Assembly (NCBI GenBank): GCA_017415515.1
Contig: JAFQGI010000038.1
Location: 945 to 64,944, forward strand
Direction: 5' to 3'
DNA length: 64,000 bases
Source of the DNA: Clostridia bacterium
GTDB lineage: Bacteria > Bacillota > Clostridia > Oscillospirales > Acutalibacteraceae
Part shown: positions 44,518-52,523 of the stretch, one piece after another
How the letters are laid out: each line of letters starts with the position of its first letter
How positions within the stretch are numbered: the first letter of the stretch is position 1
The notes under the pieces: model-generated
Databases searched by the model: none
Seen by the model: only the letters and a program-made list of their open reading frames with translations
Told to the model about the DNA's origin: nothing
Translations under genes and position numbers: made by a program

Positions 44518-47500
44518 TTAAGCCAATTCCACGTCCCAATCGGCCAGATACTGCTGCAGGAGAGCCAGGTCTTTGTTGTTGACCTTGCCGTCGCCATTGG
44601 CGTCGCCTGCCGCAGCGGTCTTATCGACGATCGTCACGCCGCCGTTCACAGCGTAGAACCATACGGTATCATCGGCAGCATTGAAAATGTCATTCACGCA
44701 GTCGAACTCGGGAACGATGTCGTACATCTCGCCCACCTGCGCACTTTCCAAAACCTCAAAGGTCAAAGTGGCCAGCATCTGCGCCGTCGAATTGGGCTGC
44801 GTAGCGTCACACCAGTTGACGATGAAATAGCCCTTCTCGTTGGCGGCGGCCACATCGCCCCAGGAATAGCCACCGGCGGAGAAGTTACCCGCCTCATAGC
44901 TCACCAACTTCAGCACCGTGTTGTCGAAGTGTACCTTCACCTTGACAGAGACGATACCGGGATTGTTATCCACCTGAATCTGGACTTTGACATTCTCGCC
45001 GACGGCACCCGTGTTGGTGGATGCCGCGATGCCGCCCACATACACAGGCTTCTCAGGCACTTCGCGGATGGCGCCGCACTCGTTACAGTCGGCGTCGTAC
45101 TCGTCGTCATAGACGTGGTCGCCCACCTCACGCAGCTCACCGCACAGGTTGCACTCGTCGTCGCAAGCGTTGTCATACTCGTGCTCGCAAGGCTCGACAG
45201 GGGGCTCCTCCTCGAAATAGTAGAACTCGCAGTAGAAGCCTTCATACTCCACCTTGCAGGGACCCACGGTGGTGTAGTTCTTATCGTTGCGGGTACCAAA
45301 CCAATAATCCGCACCGTTCACCTCGGCAATCAGAGTGCCGTACTCGGCATCGTAGCGATACACGGTAGAGGCGGTGTATTCATAGGCACCGTTGACGTGC
45401 TTACCGTCCTCGCTGACCACCATGTTGATGTACACCTTGTTATCTTCCACATCGTAGGTGTAGAAATAGTAGCCACCCTCGGTAGCCTCCACGTACACCA
45501 CGATGGCCTCATCGGGGTCGGTGGTGGTGTCCATATAGAAGCCGTTCATCTCGCCGTTGAGGAAGTAGACGTCCTCTTCGCTGACGTTGTACTGGGTCAT
45601 ACCGAACAGGAAGGGATAGTCGGTCTCGATCTCGTCAGAGACGGGAGGCTCCACGGGAGGATCCACGGGGGTCTCACCGCCACCCTCACCGGGGATGTGC
45701 GCCACGATCCAGCCGTTCTTGATCTGAGGGTTGCCGTTGTACTGACCCACCATACCGTAGATGGTGACGGTGTCACCGGCCACAGGCTTCACGTCCATGG
45801 CGTCGTAACGCTGCTCACCATCGGCACTGTAAGAGCCGTAGATGGTCAGGGTGTTACCCTCACCGTCAGTGATGTACATATTACCCCACTGGGTGTTGTA
45901 CACCTCGGTGATCACACCGGTCACATAGTACCAACCCGCGGTATACACATTGTGCTCCTTGGAAGCACCCAAAGCGATGGCCTCGGCGATGGTCAGCTCG
46001 GTGTCGGGCTCGGGATCCTCATTGGGCACGTCAGGATCCACGGGGTTCTCACCGCCGCCCTCACCGGTGTAGACGGTGATGGAATCCACACGCACCTGGG
46101 CTGCCAGCTCAGCGATCACAAACGTGTCGGCGGGAGCGGCCAAAATCACCGTCACCACGGTACCGTCCACAGAGACGGAGGCGTCGATGATCGAATCTGC
46201 CAGATCGGTGGCATAGGTATCCTTGTAGTCGTCGCAGTTGAACACGATCTGCGTCATACCGGGATACTCCACGGTAACCGTAGAGGACTTGTAGAAACGA
46301 ACGGGATAGCCGTCGCCGCCGTAGTCGCCCACGTTGCTGGTGGAAGCTCCCTTGTCATTGGTCACGGTGACGCCGTTCTGTGCCCACACCTGCTGAGAGG
46401 TGCTGTAGGACACACGGTTAGCCTTGTCACCAAAATCGATGGTAGCAGAGGAAGCAGGCTCCACGGGATCGACAGGCACCTCAGGATCCACGGGAGGCTC
46501 CTCAGGCTCCACGGGGGGCTCTTCGGGGTCAACGGGAGGCACCACAGAGCCGCCGCCCTCACCGTACACGGTGATGGAATCCACACGAACCTGGGCGGCC
46601 AGCTCGGCGATCACGAACGTATCGGCAGGAGCAACCAAAGTGACGGTCACCACGGTGCCGTCCACAGAGACGGAGCCCTCGGTGATGGAAGCCGCCAGAT
46701 CGGTGGCATAGGTATCCTTGTAGTCGTCGCAGTTGAACACGATCTGTGTCATGCCCTTGTAGTCCACGGTAACCGTAGAGGACTTGTAGAAACGAACGGG
46801 ATAGCCGTCGCCTCCGTAGTCACCCACGTTGCTGGTGGAAGCGCCCTTGTCGTTGGTCACGGTGACGCCGTTCTGTGCCCACACCTGCTGAGAGGTGCTG
46901 TAAGACACACGATTGGCCTTATCGGTGAAATCGAGGGTGGCAGAGCCGGTGGGCTCCGCAGGAACATCGGGCACCTCAGGGTCAACGGGAGGCTCCTCGG
47001 GATCCACGGGAGGTTCCTCGGGATCCACGGGAGGCACCACAGAGCCACCACCCTCACCATACACGGTGATGGAATCCACGCGCACCTGGGCTGCCAGCTC
47101 GACGATCACAAACGTGTCGGCGGGAGCAGCCAAAGTGACGGTCACCACGGTGCCGTCCACAGAGACGGAGCCATCGGTGATGGAAGCCGCCAGATCGGTG
47201 GCATAGGTATCCTTGTAGTCGTCGCAGTTGAACACGATCTGCGTCATGCCCTTGTAGTCCACGGTAACGGCAGAGCTCTTATAAAAGCGGACAGGATAGC
47301 CCTCGCCGCCATAGTCACCCACGTTAGAGGTGGATGCCGCTTTGTCGTTGGTCACAGTAATACCGTTCTGTGCCCACACCTGCTGAGAGGTGCTGTAAGA
47401 CACGCGGTTAGCCTTGTCACCAAAATCGATGGTGGCAGAATTGCCTTCGGCCGTTGCAGAGAAGGGGATGATGCTGCACAGCAGCAAAACCGCCAACAAC

Positions 47501-47526
47501 GCAGCGACCAGTTTGCGCATTTTCAT
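44518..47526 (-). CDS. Secreted multidomain protein: 3 tandem 165-aa domains, an OB-fold-like module, HC3 knuckles, a cohesin-like domain and a single dockerin-type segment
   Basis: Signal peptide MKMRKLVAALLAVLLLCSIIPFSATAEG. Triplicated DFGDKANRVSYSTSQQVWAQNG...VDSITVY units are joined by PVDPEEPP linkers. Then CEHEYDNACDDECNLCGELREVGDHVYDDEYDADCNECGAIREV. The cohesin-like stretch is GAVGENVKVQIQVDNNPGIVSVKVKVHFDNTVLKLVSYEAGNF...NGGVTIV. It ends with one copy of GDANGDGKVNNKDLALLQQYLADWDV. Confidence 0.85.
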   Translation of the reverse strand: MKMRKLVAALLAVLLLCSIIPFSATAEGNSATIDFGDKANRVSYSTSQQVWAQNGITVTNDKAASTSNVGDYGGEGYPVRFYKSSAVTVDYKGMTQIVFNCDDYKDTYATDLAASITDGSVSVDGTVVTVTLAAPADTFVIVELAAQVRVDSITVYGEGGGSVVPPVDPEEPPVDPEEPPVDPEVPDVPAEPTGSATLDFTDKANRVSYSTSQQVWAQNGVTVTNDKGASTSNVGDYGGDGYPVRFYKSSTVTVDYKGMTQIVFNCDDYKDTYATDLAASITEGSVSVDGTVVTVTLVAPADTFVIAELAAQVRVDSITVYGEGGGSVVPPVDPEEPPVEPEEPPVDPEVPVDPVEPASSATIDFGDKANRVSYSTSQQVWAQNGVTVTNDKGASTSNVGDYGGDGYPVRFYKSSTVTVEYPGMTQIVFNCDDYKDTYATDLADSIIDASVSVDGTVVTVILAAPADTFVIAELAAQVRVDSITVYTGEGGGENPVDPDVPNEDPEPDTELTIAEAIALGASKEHNVYTAGWYYVTGVITEVYNTQWGNMYITDGEGNTLTIYGSYSADGEQRYDAMDVKPVAGDTVTIYGMVGQYNGNPQIKNGWIVAHIPGEGGGETPVDPPVEPPVSDEIETDYPFLFGMTQYNVSEEDVYFLNGEMNGFYMDTTTDPDEAIVVYVEATEGGYYFYTYDVEDNKVYINMVVSEDGKHVNGAYEYTASTVYRYDAEYGTLIAEVNGADYWFGTRNDKNYTTVGPCKVEYEGFYCEFYYFEEEPPVEPCEHEYDNACDDECNLCGELREVGDHVYDDEYDADCNECGAIREVPEKPVYVGGIAASTNTGAVGENVKVQIQVDNNPGIVSVKVKVHFDNTVLKLVSYEAGNFSAGGYSWGDVAAANEKGYFIVNWCDATQPNSTAQMLATLTFEVLESAQVGEMYDIVPEFDCVNDIFNAADDTVWFYAVNGGVTIVDKTAAAGDANGDGKVNNKDLALLQQYLADWDVELA
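46069..47439 (-). repeat. In-frame tandem triplication, 495-bp period
   Basis: Equivalent codons (I/L-D-F of the DFGDKANRV motif) start at 47430, 46935 and 46440. VDSITVY ends at 47059 and 46069. The copies are highly similar at the DNA level over hundreds of bp. Confidence 0.9.
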
Positions 47527-47629
47527 TGGTTTGTTCCTCCTAAAACTGATATTCGGTGAGAATCAACCTCATCCTTTCCATCATAACACACACCTATCGA
47601 AAAAGCAAGAATATGGTAAGCAAAAAAAC

Positions 47630-47661
47630 AAAAAAGGGCGGAGAAAATCTCCGCCTTTTTT
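47630..47661 (-). terminator. Rho-independent terminator
   Basis: AAAAAAGGGCGGAGA-aaa-TCTCCGCCTTTTTT. Confidence 0.75.
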
Positions 47662-47662
47662 G

Positions 47663-48727
47663 TCAACTGTTTAGTAATCTTTGCAAAGCGCTCAAATCCC
47701 GGTTGTTCAGCTTGCCGTCACTGTTGACGTCGGCACCCGCCTCATTCACCGTCACCGGCCATTCATTGAGATATTTCTGCAAAAGTGCCAAATCCCGGTT
47801 GTTCAACTTGCCGTCGCCGTTAACGTCGCCGGCGGCTACGGGAGGCGCTACGTAGTAGGTGTTCACCAACCACGCCGATTCCTCCACGAAAGCTCCCTGC
47901 TGAATCGCCTCAAAAGGAGAATAGCGGGGAATGTACCAGCCCTGATCGGCGCCGTAGTATTGCATACACTTCGCCAGATCCACCGTCAGGTAATAATAAT
48001 TGCCATCCAGCGCATCGGCATAGTCTGCCATGGCGGTGACAAAGTCATAGCCTCTGGTCTCGGAATAGCGTCCGCGCATCACGTCAATGGGCGGCCACTC
48101 CTCCCCTTCCACGTCGTCGGGGTAGAACAGCTTATACAGATCGGTCCACACGCTGGCCCGCAGATCCACGTAGACGATGGGGCCGCCCACGTGACCGTAG
48201 TGATAGATGCCGTCGGCATCCGCCACCACCGTTTGGGGCTTGGTGATGTCGATGGCGGTGAGCTTCTCACTCGTCATACAGAAGGCATAGTCGATCTCAT
48301 GGCGGTTGTGATAGGTGATATAGGTCACCTTGGTGGGTGCCACGTAATCGTTCTGCTTTTCAATGGTGATGGTGGCGGAGGAGACCCCCGACAGACCGAT
48401 CAGCAGGCTCTGTCCCACAGCGTGACAGGTGACGGTGATCGCACCGTCCACCGCGTCATAGGCGGGCACAGACACGTATTGGGAAGACCCGTACCAAAAA
48501 TTGAGCACGGCATCGGGATCCTCCACCGCCACGCGATAGTTGCCCACCGCCGTGGGCTTAAACTTGAAAATGGTGGTGGTATCCGCATCGGCGGTCACCC
48601 GATTGGTGCCCACCTGCAGGCGGATGTCGGAAACGGTATACTCCGCGGCGGCGGTCACCGTCATTCCGGTGCACAGCAACACCAGCGACAGCACAACACA
48701 CAGCAGAGAACGAACGGACTTGCTCAT
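47663..48727 (-). CDS. Secreted protein of unknown function with a C-terminal dockerin-like double repeat
   Basis: The ATG at 48727 lies 6 nt after GAGG and gives MSKSVRSLLCVVLSLVLLCTGMTVTAAAE (signal peptide). C-terminus GDVNGDGKLNNRDLALLQKYLNEWPV..DVNSDGKLNNRDLSALQRLL. It starts 33 nt after the ddl stop with no terminator between. Confidence 0.8.
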   Translation of the reverse strand: MSKSVRSLLCVVLSLVLLCTGMTVTAAAEYTVSDIRLQVGTNRVTADADTTTIFKFKPTAVGNYRVAVEDPDAVLNFWYGSSQYVSVPAYDAVDGAITVTCHAVGQSLLIGLSGVSSATITIEKQNDYVAPTKVTYITYHNRHEIDYAFCMTSEKLTAIDITKPQTVVADADGIYHYGHVGGPIVYVDLRASVWTDLYKLFYPDDVEGEEWPPIDVMRGRYSETRGYDFVTAMADYADALDGNYYYLTVDLAKCMQYYGADQGWYIPRYSPFEAIQQGAFVEESAWLVNTYYVAPPVAAGDVNGDGKLNNRDLALLQKYLNEWPVTVNEAGADVNSDGKLNNRDLSALQRLLNS

Positions 48728-48760
48728 ACACATCCTCTTTTCTTTATCCGGTATCGTCAT

Positions 48761-49954
48761 TTAGGCCTTGCCCTTGCTGCCTTTGGCACCAAAGGTGGTG
48801 CCGGAGAGAATGTTGCTCTCGTAGGTGAAGGTCAGCGCCTCCCGCTCACGCTGGCGCTTGAAGGCGAGGGTCACCAGCTCATCCATCAATTCAGAGAAGC
48901 TGACACCCACCTCCTGCCACAGATAGAAGGAGAGAGAGCCGGGGATGGTGTTGATCTCATTGACCCACAGTTCACCGGTCTCCTTATCGTTGAGGAAGTC
49001 GATGCGGGCCACGCCCAAGCAGCCCAGTGCCTTAAAGGTGGCCACCGCCAGCTCCTGCACCCGCTGGGTCATGCCCTCGGGCAGTTCGGCGGGGCAACGG
49101 CGCTTCAAGTCGGTCATGCCCTTGGAGCCACCGGATTTGCCGCCGTTTCCGGACAAGTATTTATCGCCAAAGGTCAAAATGTCCTCGGCGTTCAGCGGCT
49201 CCTCACACGCAGAGGGGCGGGCGGTCTCATAGTCGCCCAGCACCGAGCAGTTGATCTCCCGCAGATTGGGCACGGCACGCTCCACCAGCACACGGGCGGC
49301 AAAGCTCACCGCCAAGTCCATGGCGTCGGTAAGTTCGGCACGTTTTTTCGCCTTGGAGATGCCCACAGAGGAGCCCAGGTTGACCGGCTTCACGATGACG
49401 GGATAGCCGATGGCGGCCTCGATCTCGTCCAGCACCGCCTCGCTGTTCACCGCATACTGCTTACCGGTGTACTGGCGGGCCTCCAACACGGGGATGCCCG
49501 CCTGACGCAGAGCTCCCTTCATGGCAAATTTATCCATACCCAAGGCGGAGGAGGTGACGTCGCAGGAGGCATAAGGCACTCCCAGCATCTCCAGATAACC
49601 CATGAGGGTGCCGTCCTCCACGTTGGTGCCGTGCACCACGGGAATCGCCACGTCAAAGGCGGCCACCACGTTGTTGCCAAATTTCTTCATGGGATAGCGC
49701 ACCAGCTCCACACCCTGCTCACCGGGAACGGGCAGCACACGGGTGGCATTGGACAGGCAGGTGGGCATATCGCGGTAGGAGGCGATTTCGTGGAGATTTT
49801 CGCCTACGTAAAAGCGATTATCTTTGGAAATATACAGCACAAACGCCTCGTATTTGTCTTTATTCAGGGCGTTCAGCGCCTGTAAGCCGGAGATGATGGA
49901 CACCTCGTGCTCCACGCTGTGTCCACCGAAGATAATTGCTACTCTAGTTTTCAT
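48761..49954 (-). CDS. ddl: D-alanine--D-alanine ligase
   Basis: MKTRVAIIFGGHSVEHEVSIISG...GYPVIVKPVNLGSSVGISKA...ARIDFL...LWVNEINTIPGS are ATP-grasp Ddl motifs. Confidence 0.92.
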   Translation of the reverse strand: MKTRVAIIFGGHSVEHEVSIISGLQALNALNKDKYEAFVLYISKDNRFYVGENLHEIASYRDMPTCLSNATRVLPVPGEQGVELVRYPMKKFGNNVVAAFDVAIPVVHGTNVEDGTLMGYLEMLGVPYASCDVTSSALGMDKFAMKGALRQAGIPVLEARQYTGKQYAVNSEAVLDEIEAAIGYPVIVKPVNLGSSVGISKAKKRAELTDAMDLAVSFAARVLVERAVPNLREINCSVLGDYETARPSACEEPLNAEDILTFGDKYLSGNGGKSGGSKGMTDLKRRCPAELPEGMTQRVQELAVATFKALGCLGVARIDFLNDKETGELWVNEINTIPGSLSFYLWQEVGVSFSELMDELVTLAFKRQREREALTFTYESNILSGTTFGAKGSKGKA

Positions 49955-49967
49955 AATGATGCCTCCA

Positions 49968-50129
49968 GTAACCGCTGATAAAATCGTGGCGCGATTATCA
50001 GCGAGATAATTTTTCGCCTACAAGAGGCGAAAAGCGCAGGCAATACTGGATGTATTGCCGAGTATTTTTGACCTTTTAGGCGGAAAAGTAGCCGCTGAGA
50101 ATGGTGCCTAAGATTGCATCAGTGGTTAC
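49968..50129. repeat. 162-nt multi-hairpin element closed by 12-bp terminal inverted repeats; fills the murF-like/ddl intercistronic spacer
   Basis: GTAACCGCTGAT (49968-49979) pairs with ATCAGTGGTTAC (50118-50129), 11/12 complementary. Internal hairpins: ATTATC-agcga-GATAAT, TTTTCGCCT-acaag-AGGCGAAAA, GGCAATAC-tggat-GTATTGCC. An alternative pairing is CGCTGATAA (49973) with TTATCAGCG (49995). Confidence 0.6.
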
Positions 50130-51683
50130 TTAAAAGTTATCGGGTAGGTCGTTCTCCAACAGAACGATGCGCTCCCCCTCACGGGGAAGCGTATTCACGA
50201 AGTGCAATCCGTCTTTCAACGTAGTGGCTACGTAGATGCGCTCCTCGGGGAAGCCTCCTGCCAGCAGACCCTCTTTGAGGGGTGGGGCTTGCTTCTCCCC
50301 TACCAACACCGCCCAATCACAGCGGGTGGCGGCGTATTCGCCTAAGTCGCGGTTGAGGGTGTCCTGACGCTCGCCCAATTCCACCATACCGGGGGTGACG
50401 AGAATACGCTGGGCGGAGAAGCCCGCCAGGGTATCCAGCGCGCTGCGGAAGCCCGCAGGGTTGGAGTTGTAGGCGTCGTCGATGTAGCCGTTGGGGAGCA
50501 GTTGCAGGCGATGCTCCACCGGCTTTAACAGCCGGATGGGATATACCATCTCCTGCAAAGAGATGCCCAGATGATGGGCCAGCGCCATACAACCGGCCAG
50601 ATTTTGAATGTTATGCGCACCCAGCAGACGGGTGGTGTAGCGGCAGGATTCGCCATTGGGGGCGGTCAGGGTGAACTGACAGCCGTGGACGTCCACCACA
50701 ATGTCGCTGTAGCGATAAGCCGCACCGCTGTCGGCGTTGCCGTAGGTGAGGTGAGGCACCGTCACTTCGCGGTTGCGGATGTAGTCGTTGTCGTAATTGA
50801 GGAAGGCCATACCATTCTCAGGGATGGCGTCCACCAACTCGAACTTGGTGGCGACAATGTTCTCCACCGAGCCGAAGGTTTCCAAATGCTGCTCACCCAC
50901 AGAGGTGAGGATGCCGTAGGTGGGATGTACCAGATCGCAGATTTCCTTGATATCGTTTTGCTGTTTGGCGCCCATCTCGGCGATAAACACCTGATGGGAG
51001 GGGCGCAGCATTTCCCGCACGGTGCGTACCACACCCATGGTGGTGTTGTAGCTGCCGGGGGTCATCAGCACGTTATACTTCACCGCCAGTAAAGCGGAAA
51101 GAAAATTCTTCACACTGGTCTTGCCATAGCTGCCGGTGATACCCACCACCGTCAGATCGGGGCGCTCTTCCAAGCGGCGCTGTGCATCCTTGACAAAACC
51201 TTTGGCGATCTTGTTTTCAATGGGGGTGTTGATGCGGTTGGCCAGGCCCACGAACAGCCAGATCACCACGTGGCACAGCCCCAACAGGGCAGAGCCACGC
51301 AAAGGCAGGAACCAGAACATCGCCAACAGGGCGGCACAGAGGATGCCCTCGGTGACAAGCAGGCGTTTCACGCGGGCGGTGACCACCAGCGGCTTTTTCG
51401 CCTTAGCCGGCCAGTTGATGAGGGCGGTGAGCAGCAGAACACCACCGCAGACCGCAAAGGCGACCCAACTGCTCACCTTGGCCTCTATCCAAATGCACAG
51501 CACGCACAGCGCCGGCAGCATACGGGACAGGGTGACCAGCTTTTTCTCGTTATCGTGACACCATTTTTTGTAGCGTTCGGGGCGATAAGAGTTGAGCTGC
51601 AACATGTGGGTAAAATACCAGCCCTGCACCGCAAAGTTGAGGATGGCGGCTTCGGTCACAAACAGCTTCATCCACAGATCCAT
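50130..51683 (-). CDS. MurF-like Mur ligase (UDP-MurNAc-tripeptide--D-Ala-D-Ala ligase family) with an N-terminal multi-pass membrane domain
   Basis: Residues about 1-150 form 4-5 hydrophobic helices (LFVTEAAILNFAVQGWYF, LPALCVLCIWI, WVAFAVCGGVLLLTALI, GILCAALLAMFWFL, ALLGLCHVVIWLFVGLA). MurF-type motifs follow: VVGITGSYGKTS, TPGSYNTTMG, FIAEMGAKQQNDIKEI, SVGEQHLETFGS. Confidence 0.8.
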   Translation of the reverse strand: MDLWMKLFVTEAAILNFAVQGWYFTHMLQLNSYRPERYKKWCHDNEKKLVTLSRMLPALCVLCIWIEAKVSSWVAFAVCGGVLLLTALINWPAKAKKPLVVTARVKRLLVTEGILCAALLAMFWFLPLRGSALLGLCHVVIWLFVGLANRINTPIENKIAKGFVKDAQRRLEERPDLTVVGITGSYGKTSVKNFLSALLAVKYNVLMTPGSYNTTMGVVRTVREMLRPSHQVFIAEMGAKQQNDIKEICDLVHPTYGILTSVGEQHLETFGSVENIVATKFELVDAIPENGMAFLNYDNDYIRNREVTVPHLTYGNADSGAAYRYSDIVVDVHGCQFTLTAPNGESCRYTTRLLGAHNIQNLAGCMALAHHLGISLQEMVYPIRLLKPVEHRLQLLPNGYIDDAYNSNPAGFRSALDTLAGFSAQRILVTPGMVELGERQDTLNRDLGEYAATRCDWAVLVGEKQAPPLKEGLLAGGFPEERIYVATTLKDGLHFVNTLPREGERIVLLENDLPDNF

Positions 51684-51684
51684 C

Positions 51685-52446
51685 TTATTTCGCCCCTTTC
51701 AAAAAAGAATCCAGCACGCGACTGCACAGCCCCCACTGCTGGGCAAAGGCAAAGTGTCCTGCCCCCTCCAGCACCACCAATCCCGCATCGGGGATCAGCT
51801 TTTCCATCTTCTGTCCGTCGGACAGAGGGGTGGCGGTGTCCGCCGAGCCCCAAATGAGCAGGGTGGACACGGGGTTGTCGCCCAGCAGGTGGGTGAGATC
51901 CTCATTGATACACTTGACCATGGTCTGCCGCATCAGGGGGGATGCGTTGCGGTAATCGGAGGAGCCCACCTTCCCCTGCCGCTTGGCGGCAACCTTGGGG
52001 AACAGTTTTTTCATGGTCTTATAGCTATACACCTTGGCGTAGTATTTCAGCCCACGCTTGGGCAGAATACCGGCGGCATCCATAAACACCGCCTTTTTCA
52101 CCGCAAACGGCAGAGGCTTTTGCGCCAAGAGTTTGATGCTGACACGCCCACCGAAAGAGTGATTCATCAGAATCACGTCGGTGAGATTTAGAGTGGCGGC
52201 AAAATCCACCGTCCACTTTACATAGTCGTCCACGCACCACGGCGTCTCCGGTTCGGCACTGCCGCCGAAGCCGGGCAGGTCGGGTGCCACCACCCGACAA
52301 TAGGTTGCCAGGTGGTCCAACATCAGCCGATAGGTTTCGGCGGGGGCGCCCCAGCCGTGAAGGAACAACACCGTGGGCTTCTCTGCTTCATGTTTGGGGT
52401 CAGTGTCGATATAGGCGACGGTGCGCCCTTGTACAGTCACAGTCAC
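51685..52446 (-). CDS. Alpha/beta-fold hydrolase
   Basis: GTG start 7 nt after AAGGAGG. VLFLHGWGAPAETY and nucleophile elbow NHSFGG. A C-terminal His lies in GAGHFAF. The stop is 1 nt from the murF-like start. Confidence 0.85.
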   Translation of the reverse strand: MTVTVQGRTVAYIDTDPKHEAEKPTVLFLHGWGAPAETYRLMLDHLATYCRVVAPDLPGFGGSAEPETPWCVDDYVKWTVDFAATLNLTDVILMNHSFGGRVSIKLLAQKPLPFAVKKAVFMDAAGILPKRGLKYYAKVYSYKTMKKLFPKVAAKRQGKVGSSDYRNASPLMRQTMVKCINEDLTHLLGDNPVSTLLIWGSADTATPLSDGQKMEKLIPDAGLVVLEGAGHFAFAQQWGLCSRVLDSFLKGAK

Positions 52447-52523
52447 GGTGATGCCTCCTTTCGGTCGAAGTTGGGTACAGATTGTGTGCAGGTTAGGTAT
52501 AGGTTTGCAAGCAATTTTCGGGA

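Noticed and set aside
44440-47559. A 1039-aa plus-strand ORF, longer than the minus-strand gene it overlaps.
   Set aside because: Its translation is low-complexity and rich in H/G/R/V/L, typical of the antisense frame of a G+C-rich gene. It has no RBS, signal peptide or motifs. The minus-strand product has an RBS, a signal peptide, recognisable domains and a terminator.
48761-52446. A vancomycin-resistance-type cluster, given ddl plus murF-like plus a hydrolase.
   Set aside because: There are no vanH-like dehydrogenase, vanX/Y peptidase or vanRS genes. ddl-murF adjacency is a normal housekeeping arrangement in Firmicutes. Ligase specificity (D-Ala-D-Ala versus D-Ala-D-Lac) cannot be judged by eye.
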